A DNA stretch of 64,000 bases from Somniosus microcephalus (taxonomy: Eukaryota). A program made the position numbers and the translations under genes. The notes beneath the pieces were generated by a model. It saw only the letters and a list, made by a program, of their open reading frames with translations, was not told where the DNA came from and searched no databases. The DNA lies in contig CM126230.1 of NCBI GenBank assembly GCA_052327205.1, forward strand, positions 24,366,001 through 24,430,000, in the 5' to 3' direction. Positions 11,901 to 24,166 of the stretch are shown here, in pieces (the stretch's first letter is position 1; every line of letters begins with the position of its first letter).

Positions 11901-13513
11901 GCTGGATCTTGTAAGTGAATGGTAGAACTCCAAATCCTTTGAACACATCCTGGAAATTATTCACTACAGAATCCACCGAGTCATCTGGTCTGCTTATGGC
12001 ACAGTTTATACGGTAGACTCTCTTGACCAGTTCTAAGTCCTCACAAGCTTTGTCACCCAGTAGTGAATCAAGTCCATCAGCCACAACAGAAAACATGAGA
12101 TGATGCACTTTGTCTTTGACTGTCACTTTAAGTCTGCATACACCTAAGCTATCTATTTTCTGTCCATTATAGTCCTTCAGTAGTACTGACTTTTTCTGTA
12201 TTTTGGGCTTTTCTTTCATATTGTTAATGTCACTCATACTGATTAAGTTTGCTTTTGCCCCAGTGTCTAGTTTCAATGTAACTAATGCTCCATTTACCTG
12301 CAGTGGGATCATCCATTTGTCCTCTTTTACTGCTTTAACTTTATGTTCAGCATTGTTAATTCCTGAGGGCTGCACATTTTCTGTATCCTTTTTGATATTG
12401 TCACATGACACCATTCCTACAAAACATGTCTCACTTAAATCAGTGTCCTCAATCACATTAACTTGTTGCCCTTTCTTTGTTTTTACTTTTGAAAAGCATT
12501 GTTTGGCAAAGTGATTCTTTCCATTACACTTTGTGCACATTTTTCCAAACGCTGGGCATTGTCTTAACTGGTGTTTGTAACCACAGCGTTTACAATTAAA
12601 AATTTCATCCTCCGATTGCTTTTCATTTCTGTTCTACCCACATTTCTTCCCCTTGTAGGACACAGCACCGACAGCAGCATTATCACTCATTACAATCGCA
12701 TCATTATTGATTTCACTGAAAGTCTTCGCGTGCTTTCGAGCTAGCTCGCTGGCTTGGCATATTTTCACAGCAATTTCCGATGTTAGTTCGGTTTCTCTCA
12801 ACAGACGTTCCCTGACTTTTTTATCATGAATACCAAACACAATCTGGTCACGAAACATGGATGCTTTCAGCTCAGAGAAATTACATGTCTGTGCTTTCAG
12901 TTTCAGATCAGTCATAAAGCTATCAAAAGTCTCATTTTGCTGCTGTGTCCGAGAACGGAAGATGTACCTCTCATAGGTTTCATTCTTTTTGGGAGAACAA
13001 TGTGTATCAAACTTCTTTAGCACATCGCCTAATTTTTCTCTGTTCTCCTCTGGATTAAATACAAATGTATTAAATACCTCTATCGCCTGTGGGCCTGCAA
13101 CCGTGAGCAGCAACGCTATTTTCCTTGCATCTGGCTTCGTACCGTACCCGATGGCAGCAATGTAGAGTTCGAATTGTTGTTTAAAAGTCTGCCAATTGTA
13201 GTCGATATTTCCTGTGAGTTTCAAACGCTCTGGTGGCTTCAAATTCTCCATGTCGCGTTGCACAATATTCAGCAGATCTTACCAATCCTGGTACCATGTT
13301 ATGTTCATTAATAACTAGTCGTTTTTATTAAGAACAGCTAGCTTTTGCTAAACACTTTATTGAGCACATGTGGACTAGATACAGTATCTGTAGAGGCATC
13401 CATCTTGACTGCTGCCTTGTGGGTAGCCTGGTGCATCGTGGGTAGCCCACTCTTATATACATACAGTACCACCTAGTGTACCATTCCAGAATGACAGGTT
13501 ACTGATCATTACA
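8963..13513 (-). mobile_element. Full-length Gypsy (Mag/K02A2.6-like) LTR retrotransposon G1
   Basis: 217-bp LTRs at 8963-9179 and 13297-13513 (TG...CA, 3 mismatches); PBS TGGTACCAGGA complementary to the tRNA-Leu(TAA) 3' end; PPT AAAGAAAGGGGGA. Confidence 0.96.
9290..13263 (-). pseudogene. G1 gag-pol (Gag, 2 CCHC knuckles, protease, RT, RNase H, integrase)
   Basis: KLDTGA protease, YVDD RT, TDASKDG/YAQIEKE RNase H, HHCC and SDNGP/NGKAEK integrase; one in-frame TAG at 12634 and one frameshift near 11395. Confidence 0.95.
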
Positions 13514-14020
13514 CATTGGCCTAGAAATTGGGTTGGTAGCGCCGGCGCTGAGCGCCTAAAGAGACCTAGAATTGGGGTGAAGCCCTATGTTGGGGCGAAC
13601 GCTATGAGGATAGCGCCGACTCAGAAATTGACTATACATTTAGCGCCTGCGCTAAGTGTTTGCGCGCGCCCGCGAGCGCAAACAGCTCATGATGTCATTT
13701 CAGTGTGCAACGCCTTTTAGGAGCGCCTGAGCACATATTGGGTGGCGCCCGGAGCCTTAGCGCCCAGCGCTATTAGTGACAGTTTGAGGGAGGGCTAACA
13801 GGCCCTTCTTGGAGTAGGGCGGCGCTATTTAAAGGGGACAGCTCTAGTGCAGAATCTTCCGCCACTTGGCCTGCTCATTGCGATCGCTGCTAGAGAGAGT
13901 TGGCGAGCTAATGTGGAGCGGAGTTCTGGGATTTGAGCTTTACAGTACTTGGCACCTTCAACCCTGTCCGAAGCACTTGCAGCACTACACCTAAAAGCCT
14001 TTTGACCAACTGGCATCGGA

Positions 14021-14637
14021 ATGGGAGCTTGTTTGGAGGGCGACGGCCTCATCGCCCAACACTGTGAAGGGGCAGAGAGATGGCGGGAGAGAGGGCCGGG
14101 ATTGGCCAGAAGGAGGAGGGGCAATGGAGGTCGGCCAATCCGACGGGATGCTGCGAGGGTCTTTAGGCAGCAGGTGACAAGCCTTGACATGTCGGAGGAG
14201 CAGTGTTTGCGAAGGCTCCGAATCTGGAGGGACATTGTTACTGATCTGTGCCACCTGCTTGGTCAGGATCTGCAGCCGCGTGAACGCTGCAGAACCTCTC
14301 TGTCCGTGATGGCTACACTGACTGAGGCCTCCATTTTTATGCCAACGGATCCTTTCAGTCAGCCATTGGGTACAATGCGACTGTCGCTCAGGCTGCAGTC
14401 CGCTGTTGCATCCGGCAAGTGACAGATGCCCTTTATAGGCGAATGCGTCCATTCATTACCTTCCCTCGGACCCTGCACAAGCAGGCGGAGGAGGAGGAGT
14501 ATGAGGAGGAGGAGGAGGAGGAGGAGGAAGAGCAGGAGGAGGAGGAGGAGGAGGAAGATGGAAGGGCTGCTGAAAGTGGAAGGTCCATACGTCAGAGGCT
14601 CCTCTGGACTCGTCTCGACACCCCTGTGGCGGAATGA
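14021..14637 (+). pseudogene. H2 transposase lacking the DDE core
   Basis: N-terminal RVFRQ...SEEQCLRRLR...LCHLL...VTDALYRR...ITFP aligns with the H1 transposase, then jumps at ~14485 to a poly-Glu C-terminal tail. Confidence 0.85.
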
Positions 14638-14914
14638 TGAGAGTCTTACCTCATGCGCACTTTGGATGTTTGAGGGCCTCTGCATGCCAGCATCACTGAA
14701 AGTAGTCACATGCACCAAGCAACATTTGAACTTCTGTTTATTGACACAAAAGCCTTTCATTACAGCTAAACAATGTAAAGTGAGCAGAAACCATAACTTC
14801 CAAAATAAATGTGATCTGTTCGGCAAAGCAGCAAAACTCAACAAAAATCTGCACCTATAACAGCAGGTGAGGGTGTCCTTGAATTTGGACAAACAAACGT
14901 CTCAGCACCTCCCT

Positions 14915-17195
14915 CTACAACTGGCCAATTGAGGGAGAACGACTTCTCGTTCGCGCCCGGCCCCTTCCCTCCCTGCTGCTCCTACGTAATTGCACCCCAG
15001 TGGCAGCCTCAAGGCTGGGGGACGCTTGCCGACTGTCTGGAAGCGCAGAAGCCCCTGAGGTACGGCCTGGCCGACCTCTGGGCTTGGAGGGTGCGGACGC
15101 AGGATGCTTGCTTTGAGCATGGCTGGAAGCAGTGTGGGCTGCAGGTGGTGGCAGCTGCAATGCAGGCGTCCCAGCGCTGGCATGTGGAATGGTCTCCTGA
15201 CGAGAGAGGACACCTGCACCATGGTCGGATGACACACTGGCTATCTGAGGGGAGCGGCTCGGCTCATCCGCCACAATCGCAGGCTCCACGGATTCCTGGC
15301 CTTGTACGGGAGTGAGTGGAAGGGCCCGGGGTGATCCTATCTGATGCAGAGAGGGTGGCTGCAGTGAGACATCGCGTTGCGTCAATCTGGCTGTGGAGGA
15401 GCCCAGCAAGTGAATGCGTGGCAACAGTGAGGACCTGTGTGCCAGGTGCCAGTGCTTCGGAGAAGGCCTGGACAGTTCTTCCCATGGCCTCGGACAAGGC
15501 AGGAGCCGACCGCTCCACTGCCTCGGACAAGCCCTGCACAGACCTTTCCAGGGATTGTCCGAATCCCTGAACAGTCCTTTCCATTGCCGACTCAAAGCCG
15601 TGGACAGTCCTCTCCATTGTTGGGCCGAAGCCCTGGATAGTCCTCTCCATTGTTGCCCCGAAGTCCAACATACTCCTAGCCAATGAATCTATTGACTCAG
15701 GCATCTTCTCCACTGCAGCCATCAGCTCCGTGTGTCTGACCCGAGCCTGGTTGCTCATCTCTGCCAGGCGACGGACCTCATCTGCACTCTGTGCAGCAGT
15801 CATGACAACCTGCCTTGCCCTGCGGGGAGACGGTGGGCGAACTTGCCTATCCCCCCTGCGTTGCTCCATGCCGCTTGGTCCGGCAACTGGTTCATCCTCA
15901 GAGCCACCCCCCTCCCCTCCAGGGGACTACTATCCCCAGTCTGCAGATGTCTCAGCTCTCCGGATTCTGCAACGGCTGGTCCGGATTCCTCCTGGTCCTC
16001 ACCTCCGGTGGCACTGGCACTGGCAGCTTCAGCGCGTTGAGCCCGAGTTGGTGCTGCTTCATCTGAAAGTGGGAGGTGGAAGAGTGGCTTTAGCAAAAGG
16101 ACAGGTTTGCTGAAAGGCATGCCAGATTGCGGCATAGCTCTGACATGGCTGCACACTGAGGATGCATGCTGGCGGGGGGACCAAGTGGAAGGCAACAGGT
16201 GGAAAAGGTGAGAGTCTTACCCTTGCTGTCGGTAATGGGGTCGGCAGATGCAGTGGTCACTGGACCAGACAGACGTCCTCCAAGTATCTGGTGCACTCTC
16301 TCCTCCAGATCCGTGAGAGTGACCACTTGTACAGGTCCGCCACCGGTTCGACGCTGTTCTTTTCTAATCTGCGCCATCTTGGACTGCAGGGGAAAGAAGG
16401 GGAGGTTGTGTTACATAAGGCCTTGAGACATCATCGCATGCCCCCCATTGTGCATGAGGCCTTGAGACATCATCGCATGCCCCCCATTGTGCAAGAGCCC
16501 TTACATAAGGCCTTGAGACATCATCGCATGCCCCCCATTGTGCAAGAGCCCTTACATGAGGCCTTGAGACATCATCGCATGCCCCCCATGGTGCAAGAGC
16601 CCTTACATGAGGCCTTGAGACATCATCGCATGCCCCCCATTGTGCAAGAGCCCTTACATGAGGCCTTCAGACATCATCGCATGCCCCCCATTGTGCAAGA
16701 GCCCTTACATGAGGCCTTGAGACATCATCGCATGCCCCCCATTGTGCAAGAGCCCTTACATGAGGCCTTGAGACATCATCGCATGCCCCCCATTGTACAA
16801 GAGCCCTTACATGAGGCCTTGAGACATCTGTCCATGTGTCTGCCCAGAAAGGGCCATGGGTGCATACTGACAGATGGCCAGTGGCGCATCATTGCAGCAG
16901 GGTGCCCGAAGTCAGCTGCAGATGGAGGGAAGCACAAGTTTGGCAAACCATCACTCACCCTAACAATCCGTGTGAGGTCGTTGAATTTCTTCCTGCACTG
17001 AACAGGGGTCCTGGTCGCCATGCTGCTGGAGTTGACCCTCACAGCAACCTCCCTCCAAGATCGTCGATAAGCCTTCTGATTTGGCCTCTTGCCATTATCC
17101 GGGTACAGGACCTGTCGACGGTGTTCAACTGCAGCCACCAAGTGGTCCAGAGCCTCAGTGCTGAAGCGCTCTGCTCTCTGCCGAACCTTCTCCAT
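14915..17195 (-). pseudogene. H2 Myb/SANT-like protein, 3 exons (17195-16959, 16383-16221, 16062-14915)
   Basis: RAERFSTEALDHLV...WREVA...RTPVQCRKKFNDL trihelix motif; canonical GT-AG sites; two frameshifts in exon 3 (~15910, ~15320). Confidence 0.88.
16411..16828. repeat. 51-bp minisatellite, ~8 copies, in H2 Myb intron 1
   Basis: Unit cccttacatgaggccttgagacatcatcgcatgccccccattgtgcaagag; copies nearly identical. Confidence 0.95.
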
Positions 17196-17594
17196 AATGA
17201 ACAACTTTGTACCGCCAGACAAGGGCGAGCGCCGAATCTGAGACCTTCAGGGCGTTGGGTGTTGAAGCTCAGTCTGACTGACCCACCCCTTTAAGAGCCG
17301 GCCGGCGCCTGCAGGTCTCGTGCTTTGCCGTAATTGAGTTCACCTGCGCTGCGCCCGTCCGCGTCGAAATTGAGTAGCGCCTGACCTTTTGCGCCTTAAG
17401 AGCACCGTGCAATGGCTGATTTAGCGCCTCAATCCCCTTTGGGGGCGATGCAACCCAATATCGCGCCAGGCGCGGATAGCTCGCGTCTGGCTATAAACTT
17501 AGCGCATCGCCAGTTCTAACGCCTCAAGCGGGGCTATACCCAATTTCTAGGCCATTATGTTTACAAAATACTGGCTGCAGCTAACCTTTTTAAA

Positions 17595-17761
17595 ATTCAG
17601 TCTCGGGATGTGGGCGTCGATGTCAAGGCCGGCATTTATTACCCATCCCTAGTTGCCTTGAGATGATGGGCCTTCTTTTTGAACCGTTGTAGTCTGTGGT
17701 GAAGTCACTCCACAAAACTGTTAGGTAAGGAGTTCCAAGATTTTGACCCAGTGATGATGAA
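17595..17761 (-). mobile_element. 3' end of a second CR1-type LINE family
   Basis: gggatgtgggcgtcg...gcatttatt-cccatcccta tail, shared with 42920-43243. Confidence 0.7.
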
Positions 17762-18597
17762 AAACATAAGAACATAAGAAACAGAAGCAGGAGTCGGCCA
17801 TTCGGCCCCTCGAGCCTGCCCCGCCATTCAATAAGATCATGGCTGATCTGATCTTGGCTTCAACTCCACTTTCCCGCCCGCTCCCCATAACCCTCGACTC
17901 CCCTGTAGCTCAAATATATGTCAATCTCCGCCTTGAATATATTCACTGATTCAGCCTCCACAGCTCTCTGGGGTAGAGAATTCCAAAGATTCACAACCCT
18001 CTGAGAGAAGAAATTCCTCCTCATCTCTGTTTTAAATGGGCGACCCTTTATCCTGAAACTATGCCTCCGAGTTCTAGATTCCCCCACGAGGGGAAACATC
18101 CTCCCTGCATCTACCCTGTCAATCCCCCTCAGAATCTTATATGTTTCAATAAGATCCCCTCTCATTCTTCTAAACTCCAATGAGTATAGGCCCAACCTGC
18201 TCAACCTTTCTTCATAAGACAACCCCTTCATCTCAGGAATTAACCTAGTGAACCTTCTCTGAACTGCCTCCAATGCAAGTATATCCCTCCTTAAATAAGG
18301 AGACCAAAACTGTACGCAGTACTCCAGGTGTGGTCTCACCAGCGCCCTGTACAGTTGTAGCAAGACTTCCCTATTTTTATACTCCATCCCCCTAGCAATA
18401 AAGGCCAACATTCCATTTGCTTTCCGAATTACTTGCTGTACCTGCATGCTAACTTTTTGTGTTTCATGTACGAGGACCCCCAGATCCCTCTGTACCGTAG
18501 CATTCTGTAGTCTCTCTCCATTTAAATAATAATTTGCTTTTTTATTTTTCCTACCAAAGTGGATAACCTCACATTTACCCACATTATACTCCATCTG
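17762..18597 (-). mobile_element. CR1 LINE 3' fragment
   Basis: Uninterrupted ORF 18594-17860 (YNVGKCEVIHFGRKN...LVRPHLEYCVQFWSP); (cataagaa)n tail. Confidence 0.95.
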
Positions 18598-19069
18598 TAT
18601 AGGAACTGTATCTTCAAAAGGCTTTCTTTTGTCTCTCTCTCTGGGGAGTGGTCAGTACACAAGACTGTCCCGGTTGGTCTCCATGTTCCGTGCAAGATAA
18701 GGTGTCGGTGAGGTTCGGTTGACCTGTAGATTAGATAGGATACAGACCCTTGACTCTAGGAGCAAATCCTTTGAAGGAGAATGGGTATTTTTATTTTAGT
18801 TCTTGCCAGTCAGACATCAAGGGCGCTTGTTCTAGGAGAGGTTCAAAAAGGAACATTCTGTAAAGTATTAACACACCATGCATACAACAGTAGACGTACC
18901 TCAAATCTAGGAGAAATACAACTTATGGAAGCTGTCTTCTTGCTGTGAATACAAATAAGGAGCGTAGGGAGAAGGCCTGAATTATAACCATGCATTAGGG
19001 GAGACTTATATTTAAGTAAATGGAAGTGATTCATGAGAGAAAATATTAACAGTGTTCTGCTTTTGGTTG

Positions 19070-19818
19070 GACTGGGAGAAGGAGAAGTGCAACAAGACCT
19101 GGGTGTCCTTGTGCACCAGTCGCTGAAGGTAAGCATGCAGGTGCAGCAGGCGGTTAAGAAGGCAAATAGTATGTTGGCCTTCGTAGCGAGAGGATTCGAG
19201 TACAGGAACAAGGATGTCTTGCTGCAGTTGTACAGGGCCTTGGTGAGACCGCACCTTGAGTATTGTGTGTAGTTTTGGTCGCCTAATCTGAGGAAGGATG
19301 TTCTTGCCATGGAAGGAGTTCAGCGAAGATTCACCAGGCTGATACCTGGGATGGCAGGAATGACGTATGAAGAGAGATTGGGTCGATTGGGCTTGTATTC
19401 ACTAAGAGTTTAGAAGAATGAGAGGGGATCTCATTGAAACTTATAAAATTCTAACAGGACTAGACAGACTAGATGCAGGAAGGATGTTCCCGATGGTCGG
19501 GGAGTCCAGAACCAGGGGTCACAGTCTAAGGATAAGGGGTAAGCCATTTAGGACTGAGATGAGGAGGAATTTCTTCACCCAGAGAATGGTGAACCTGTGG
19601 AATTCTCTACCACAGGAGGCCGTTGAGGCCAATTCATTAAATATATTCAAGAAGGAGTTAGATATATTTCTTAAGGCTAAAGGGATCAAGGGATATGGGG
19701 AGAAAGCAGGGACAGGGTACTGAATTTGGATGATCAGCCATGATCTCATTAAATGGCGGAACAGGCTCGGGGGGCCGAATGGCCTACTCCTGCTCCTATC
19801 TTCTATGTTTCTATGTTT
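19070..19818 (+). mobile_element. CR1 LINE 3' fragment
   Basis: CR1 ORF2 C-terminus with a stop and a frameshift; (tttctatg)n tail; closely similar to 63440-64000. Confidence 0.95.
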
Positions 19819-20762
19819 GTTAAATAGTTCCATTTTTTTAAAAGGCTTTTGATTAACTTCTGCCCTCATTGGGAGTAGGTCCTTTGGCCAGTGTGCATGG
19901 GACAGCTGGGCCTCTTCTGCACACAGCTGCTGATAGAAGGACACTTCATAGCTGGTGCAACATGCGAGACGCCCAATATCGCGTGCCAGCCAGGTTTATA
20001 TGAGGCCCAAGCTCAAGATGGCTCTGGGCCCCTCGCCCAGTTGACGGGCAGCTGGCGCACTCTGCCAGTCGCTCAAAGAGTGGAAATTGGCCTCGTTCTT
20101 TCCTTGCATCAATTGCAGCAATTTCTACTGTAATCACAGGCTGAGTTTCTCTTTAGACCTTCTGATTACCATTCCAATTTAAGAACGACTAAAATAATGG
20201 CCCTGGGCACTTAACCCAAATTTAAACAACTCTCTCACTCTGTTTCTCACTTTGTCATATTCAAGTAAATATTTATACAGCTCAAGGAATCGGGGGGCTT
20301 GGGGGTCTCTTTGTTCTGGTCCTTGAACGCCATGATTCAAACTAAGTTTTAAGCTTTAGTTTACATTTGATTTGTTTTCTTTTACCGCTGTCATTCTAAG
20401 TCCAAATTCACGAAGCATATAAAATTTAAAATGAATTTCAAACTCCAAATTATTATATTTATGTCATGTGTCTGCACCTGTGATTAAGATTATTGCCCTC
20501 TTACAAACATTGATTACTTTATGTTTATGTTATTCGTAAGCAATCACATCAGTGCCTCGTAATAATATCAAAATCTAATAGGGTCGTGAGGCTATTAGTC
20601 GAATATGGACTCGTAAATAGAGTGACTGCAAGACAATAATCTAATCAAGCTTGACATCCTAGAGCATAAAAGCAAAGCTCTGCCAAAGTTTGCTCACCAC
20701 ATGATCTCTGAGTATAGATTACTGCTTCAAAATCACTTCCTTATGTCTGTGGTTGTAAATGT

Positions 20763-21527
20763 TGGCCCTGAATTTCCGATCGGAGGCTTCCTGCGGGCAG
20801 ATGCCTCCGATCAGCAAAAAAATCTACGAACCTACCTGCTGGTCCCGGAGATACAGAGGCTTCCGATCCTGGGCCTCTCCTCTTGGAAATGCGCAGAGGC
20901 CCGGGTATCCCAGGGGCGCACGCGGTTCGCAAGCGCCGCTGGGATCACGTGGGCCAGCTCAACCAATGGAAGAAGGGAATCCCCCTTCATACTTTTGACC
21001 GGTCCGTACACACAGAACTGTCAAAAGTATGAATGGAGATGACTGCAAAAATGCACCAACACACTGAAACAAATAAAGAAAAACCATTACATATATAAAA
21101 TTAATTAAAATGGCATTTAACTAAATATGTTAAACAAAAAGTTAATTTTTTGAAAAAAATGTTTATATGTTGTAACGGGGCTTAATATAAACTTACCTTA
21201 TTGGACAGGTTTTTTTAATTTATAAGTGAGTGATAAAATCATATTTTTCTATTTTTTTGAACTCTTATGCTGGTACAAGCAGGTCTTACGCCTGGTAAAA
21301 TAATTCTATGGCCTCTCAGCAGGCGCAAGTTGAGCAAAGAGCGCAACTCTCTGCCCGCGGAGGCACTGTTCTTGGGCAGGCGGATGATCGGTCAGGAGAA
21401 TTTTTGACAGATCGCGAGTTCCGGGTTTCAGCACATGCGCTTCGCGTGCCTAAACCCAGAACTTGCGCGGTCCCTTGGGCGTGAACGCACCTCTTACCCG
21501 CCCGTGGGGGTAGGAAAATATGGGCCC
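20763..21527. mobile_element. Non-autonomous DNA transposon (Harbinger-like MITE)
   Basis: Imperfect TIRs ggccctgaatttcc / ggaaaatatgggcc; GC-rich ends and AT-rich centre; TSD unclear. Confidence 0.55.
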
Positions 21528-21634
21528 ATGTATCTCCTGTGACATTGCACATGGTGAATTGGGGGGATACAGGGCGAAAGTGTAAGGCGGCCAATAGCGG
21601 ATCAGCCTCCTGTTATGAACCTCTCCCGATTTCC

Positions 21635-21840
21635 ATTTCCAGGGTGGTGAGAATTGGGAACTCGCTACCACAAGGAGTGGTTGAGGCGAAGAGCATAGAT
21701 GCCTTTAAGGGGAAGCTAGATAAACACTTGAGGGAGAAAGGAATAGAAGGACATGCTGATAGGGTGAGGTGAGGAGCATAAATGCCGGCATGGATCAATT
21801 GGGCCAAATGGCCTGTTTCTGTGCTGTAATTCTATGTAAT
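21635..21840 (+). mobile_element. CR1 3' tail fragment
   Basis: RVVRIGNSLPQGVVEAKSIDAFKGKLDK-like coding end plus ggcctgtttctgtgctgtaattctatg. Confidence 0.85.
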
Positions 21841-21914
21841 TTCCATTCAAGTCATCTCATCTCTTTGCTGTTAGTAGGACTTTGCTGTGCACCAAATGGC
21901 TGCTGCATTTGTTT

Positions 21915-22383
21915 AAAGAAATAACTTGCATTTCTATAGCACCTTCCACAACCACAAGACGTCCCAAAGCGCTTTACAGCCAATGAAGTACATTTTTTGA
22001 AGTGTGGTCACCGTTGTAATATAGGACATGCGGCAGCTAATTTGTGCACAGCAAGCTCCCACAAACGGCAATGACATAATGATCAGATATTCTGGTTTTT
22101 TTTTAAATGATGTTGGTTGAGGGATAAATATTGGCCAGGACACCAGGGAGAACGCCACTGGTCTTCTATTGAACAATGCCATGGGATCTTTTATGTCCAC
22201 CTGAGAGGGCAATGCTTAATGTCTCATCCAAAATGGCACCTCCGACGGTGCAGCACTTGTTCAGTGCAGCACTGGAGTATCAGCCTCGATTGTGCACTAC
22301 AAGTCTCTGGAGTGGGACCTGAACCCACAACTTTCCAGACTCTAGAGGCGAGAAGTGCGACCAACTGGGCCACGGCTGACACC
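21915..22383 (-). mobile_element. DeuSINE, near full-length
   Basis: tRNA head (tggcccagttgg A box, ggttcagg B box on -), Deu core and L2-like tail. Confidence 0.88.
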
Positions 22384-23617
22384 TGCAAGTAGGTCAGTCG
22401 TGCAGTCCTGCACAGTACTCCAGAATCAGTTCCAGGCAGGAGCTCATCAGCTGGATTTGAGAAGCAGAGCACGTCACGGGAAAATTCTATTCTATTAGTT
22501 GTGGGACTTATGCACAATATTTCCGATGGGCTGCCTACATCACAAGCATGTTTCGTATCAGCCAGCTTGCAAGGTATTTGACACTTGCAGTAATCATTTG
22601 TGACACATTTGGCTGCCACATGTGTGTCTAAGGAACATGTTGAAGAAACCATTGAACTATTGAGTTTAAATCACTGGCCCAGAGCCGGCACACATGGGCG
22701 AGAAGATAGTGAAACATAAATGTGCCTTTGTACTTCTATTTACAATGTTGCTATAAATGGGGAACAGAGGGAATCTTTCCCTGCAGTGCATGTGTCAGTT
22801 TTATTAGGGATCTTAACATTATAGCCTAAATTCACCGAATCAGCACATTTGAATGCCAATGCTAATCGGTTTAAAATGAATGGGTTTACGCCAGTGTTAA
22901 ATTAACATCAGTCGGAAAGCTCAAGCTTATACCCTTGCTTTAAGCTACTTACTGTACTAACTGAAAGCTTGATTAGTAAACGGCAGATATAAGGCATTCG
23001 AGATTTTAAAAGAGATTAAGATAAAGAGAAGTCGAGCAGCAAAGAACAAAAGCACAGTTTGGTGGCCAGTTATTATAGATGGCAAGACACTGGGAAATGT
23101 TTCAATTCTTTAAACCAGAACTTTTACTAAAATATAAACGCCTCAGCTTCATTATGATAAGGATATTTGGAGCCAACATTTGCATATTGTCATGAGATAC
23201 AGACTGTTACCCCATAAACAAGCGTAAGGTCGCGATTGTGGAATGTCACTTATAGAACAGAAACATTGAAACATAAGGCATTTCAACAACGTGCTTTTCT
23301 AGCCAAAATCATCACTTCAGTTCCGAGAAAGCTGCCAAGTGATGACAAGTAAAGGCATTGACCAAGCACATTACCAGAGCCCGCTAATTGTCCTCAATAT
23401 CCCTGCCAAGAAGCAGTGAGTAAGGCAGTACATTTATATGTTATAACCTATTACTTAAAAGTAGACAACTATGAAAATCTTCCAGGGATTACCTATGTTA
23501 GAAAAAAGCCACATCAACCATATTTTCAAACCAAGAGATTTGAACACATTGCACTGGCTTCATTTTCATCAGGTTATTAACACTCTGGATTCATTGTTAA
23601 CTCCATGCTTCCTGCTT

Positions 23618-23685
23618 CATTCTATTCTTTATTCTATTGCATTCTATTCTTTATTCTATTCTATTCTGTCCTTTATTCTATTCTA
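23618..23685. repeat. (TTCTA)n imperfect microsatellite
   Basis: Repeated attct/ttcta pentamers. Confidence 0.85.
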
Positions 23686-23694
23686 ATAAAAGAA

Positions 23695-24166
23695 AAAGAA
23701 AGTATATCACGCCTTTCATAACCATCGGACGTCCCAAAACACTTTACAGCCAATGAAGTACTTTTTGAAGTGTAGTCACTGTTGTAATGTAGGAAATGCA
23801 GCAGCCATTTTGCACACAGCAAGCTCCCACAAACAGCAATGTGATAATGACCAGGTAATCTGTTTTAGTGATGTTGATTGAGGGATAAATATTGACCAGG
23901 ACACCGGGGATAACTCCCCTGCTCTTCTTCGAAATAGTGCCATGGGATCTTTTATGTCCACCTGAGAGAGCAGACAGGGCCTCGGTTTAACGTCTCATCC
24001 AAAAGACAGCACCTCTGACAGTGCAGCACTCCCTCAGTATTGCACTGGAGTGTCAGACCTAGATTTTTGTGCTCAAGTTTCTGGAGTGGGACTTGAACCC
24101 ACAACCTTCTGACTCAGAGCTTGAACCCACAGCCTTATTGATTCAGAAGCAAGGGTGCTACCCACT
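23695..24166 (-). mobile_element. DeuSINE; its first ~29 nt lie at 30128-30156 because a Tx1 LINE splits it
   Basis: The SINE consensus stops at ...gtgctacccact (24166) and resumes after the LINE as agagtgctacccactgagctacagctga. Confidence 0.9.

Larger units (their letters stand above)
13518..17553. mobile_element. Harbinger element H2 with complete ends, non-autonomous
   Basis: Perfect 16-bp TIRs GGCCTAGAAATTGGGT / ACCCAATTTCTAGGCC; 3-bp TSD ATT; many subterminal TAGCGCC motifs. Confidence 0.93.

Noticed and set aside
12634-12636. Programmed readthrough stop between gag and pol in G1
   Set aside because: The TAG precedes the zinc knuckles and related Mag-type elements use a single ORF; a CAG-to-TAG mutation is more likely.
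14359-14892. Poly-Leu and poly-Arg ORFs
   Set aside because: Alternative frames of the (GAG)n run encoding the transposase acidic tail.
16411-16828. CRISPR-like array (also considered for 34696-34861)
   Set aside because: Head-to-tail tandem units with no unique spacers, no cas genes, and a eukaryotic context.
16162-17001. 279-aa ORF with HEALRHHRMPPIVQEP repeats
   Set aside because: It stays open only because the 51-bp minisatellite unit is a stop-free multiple of 3; it lies antisense to a Myb intron.
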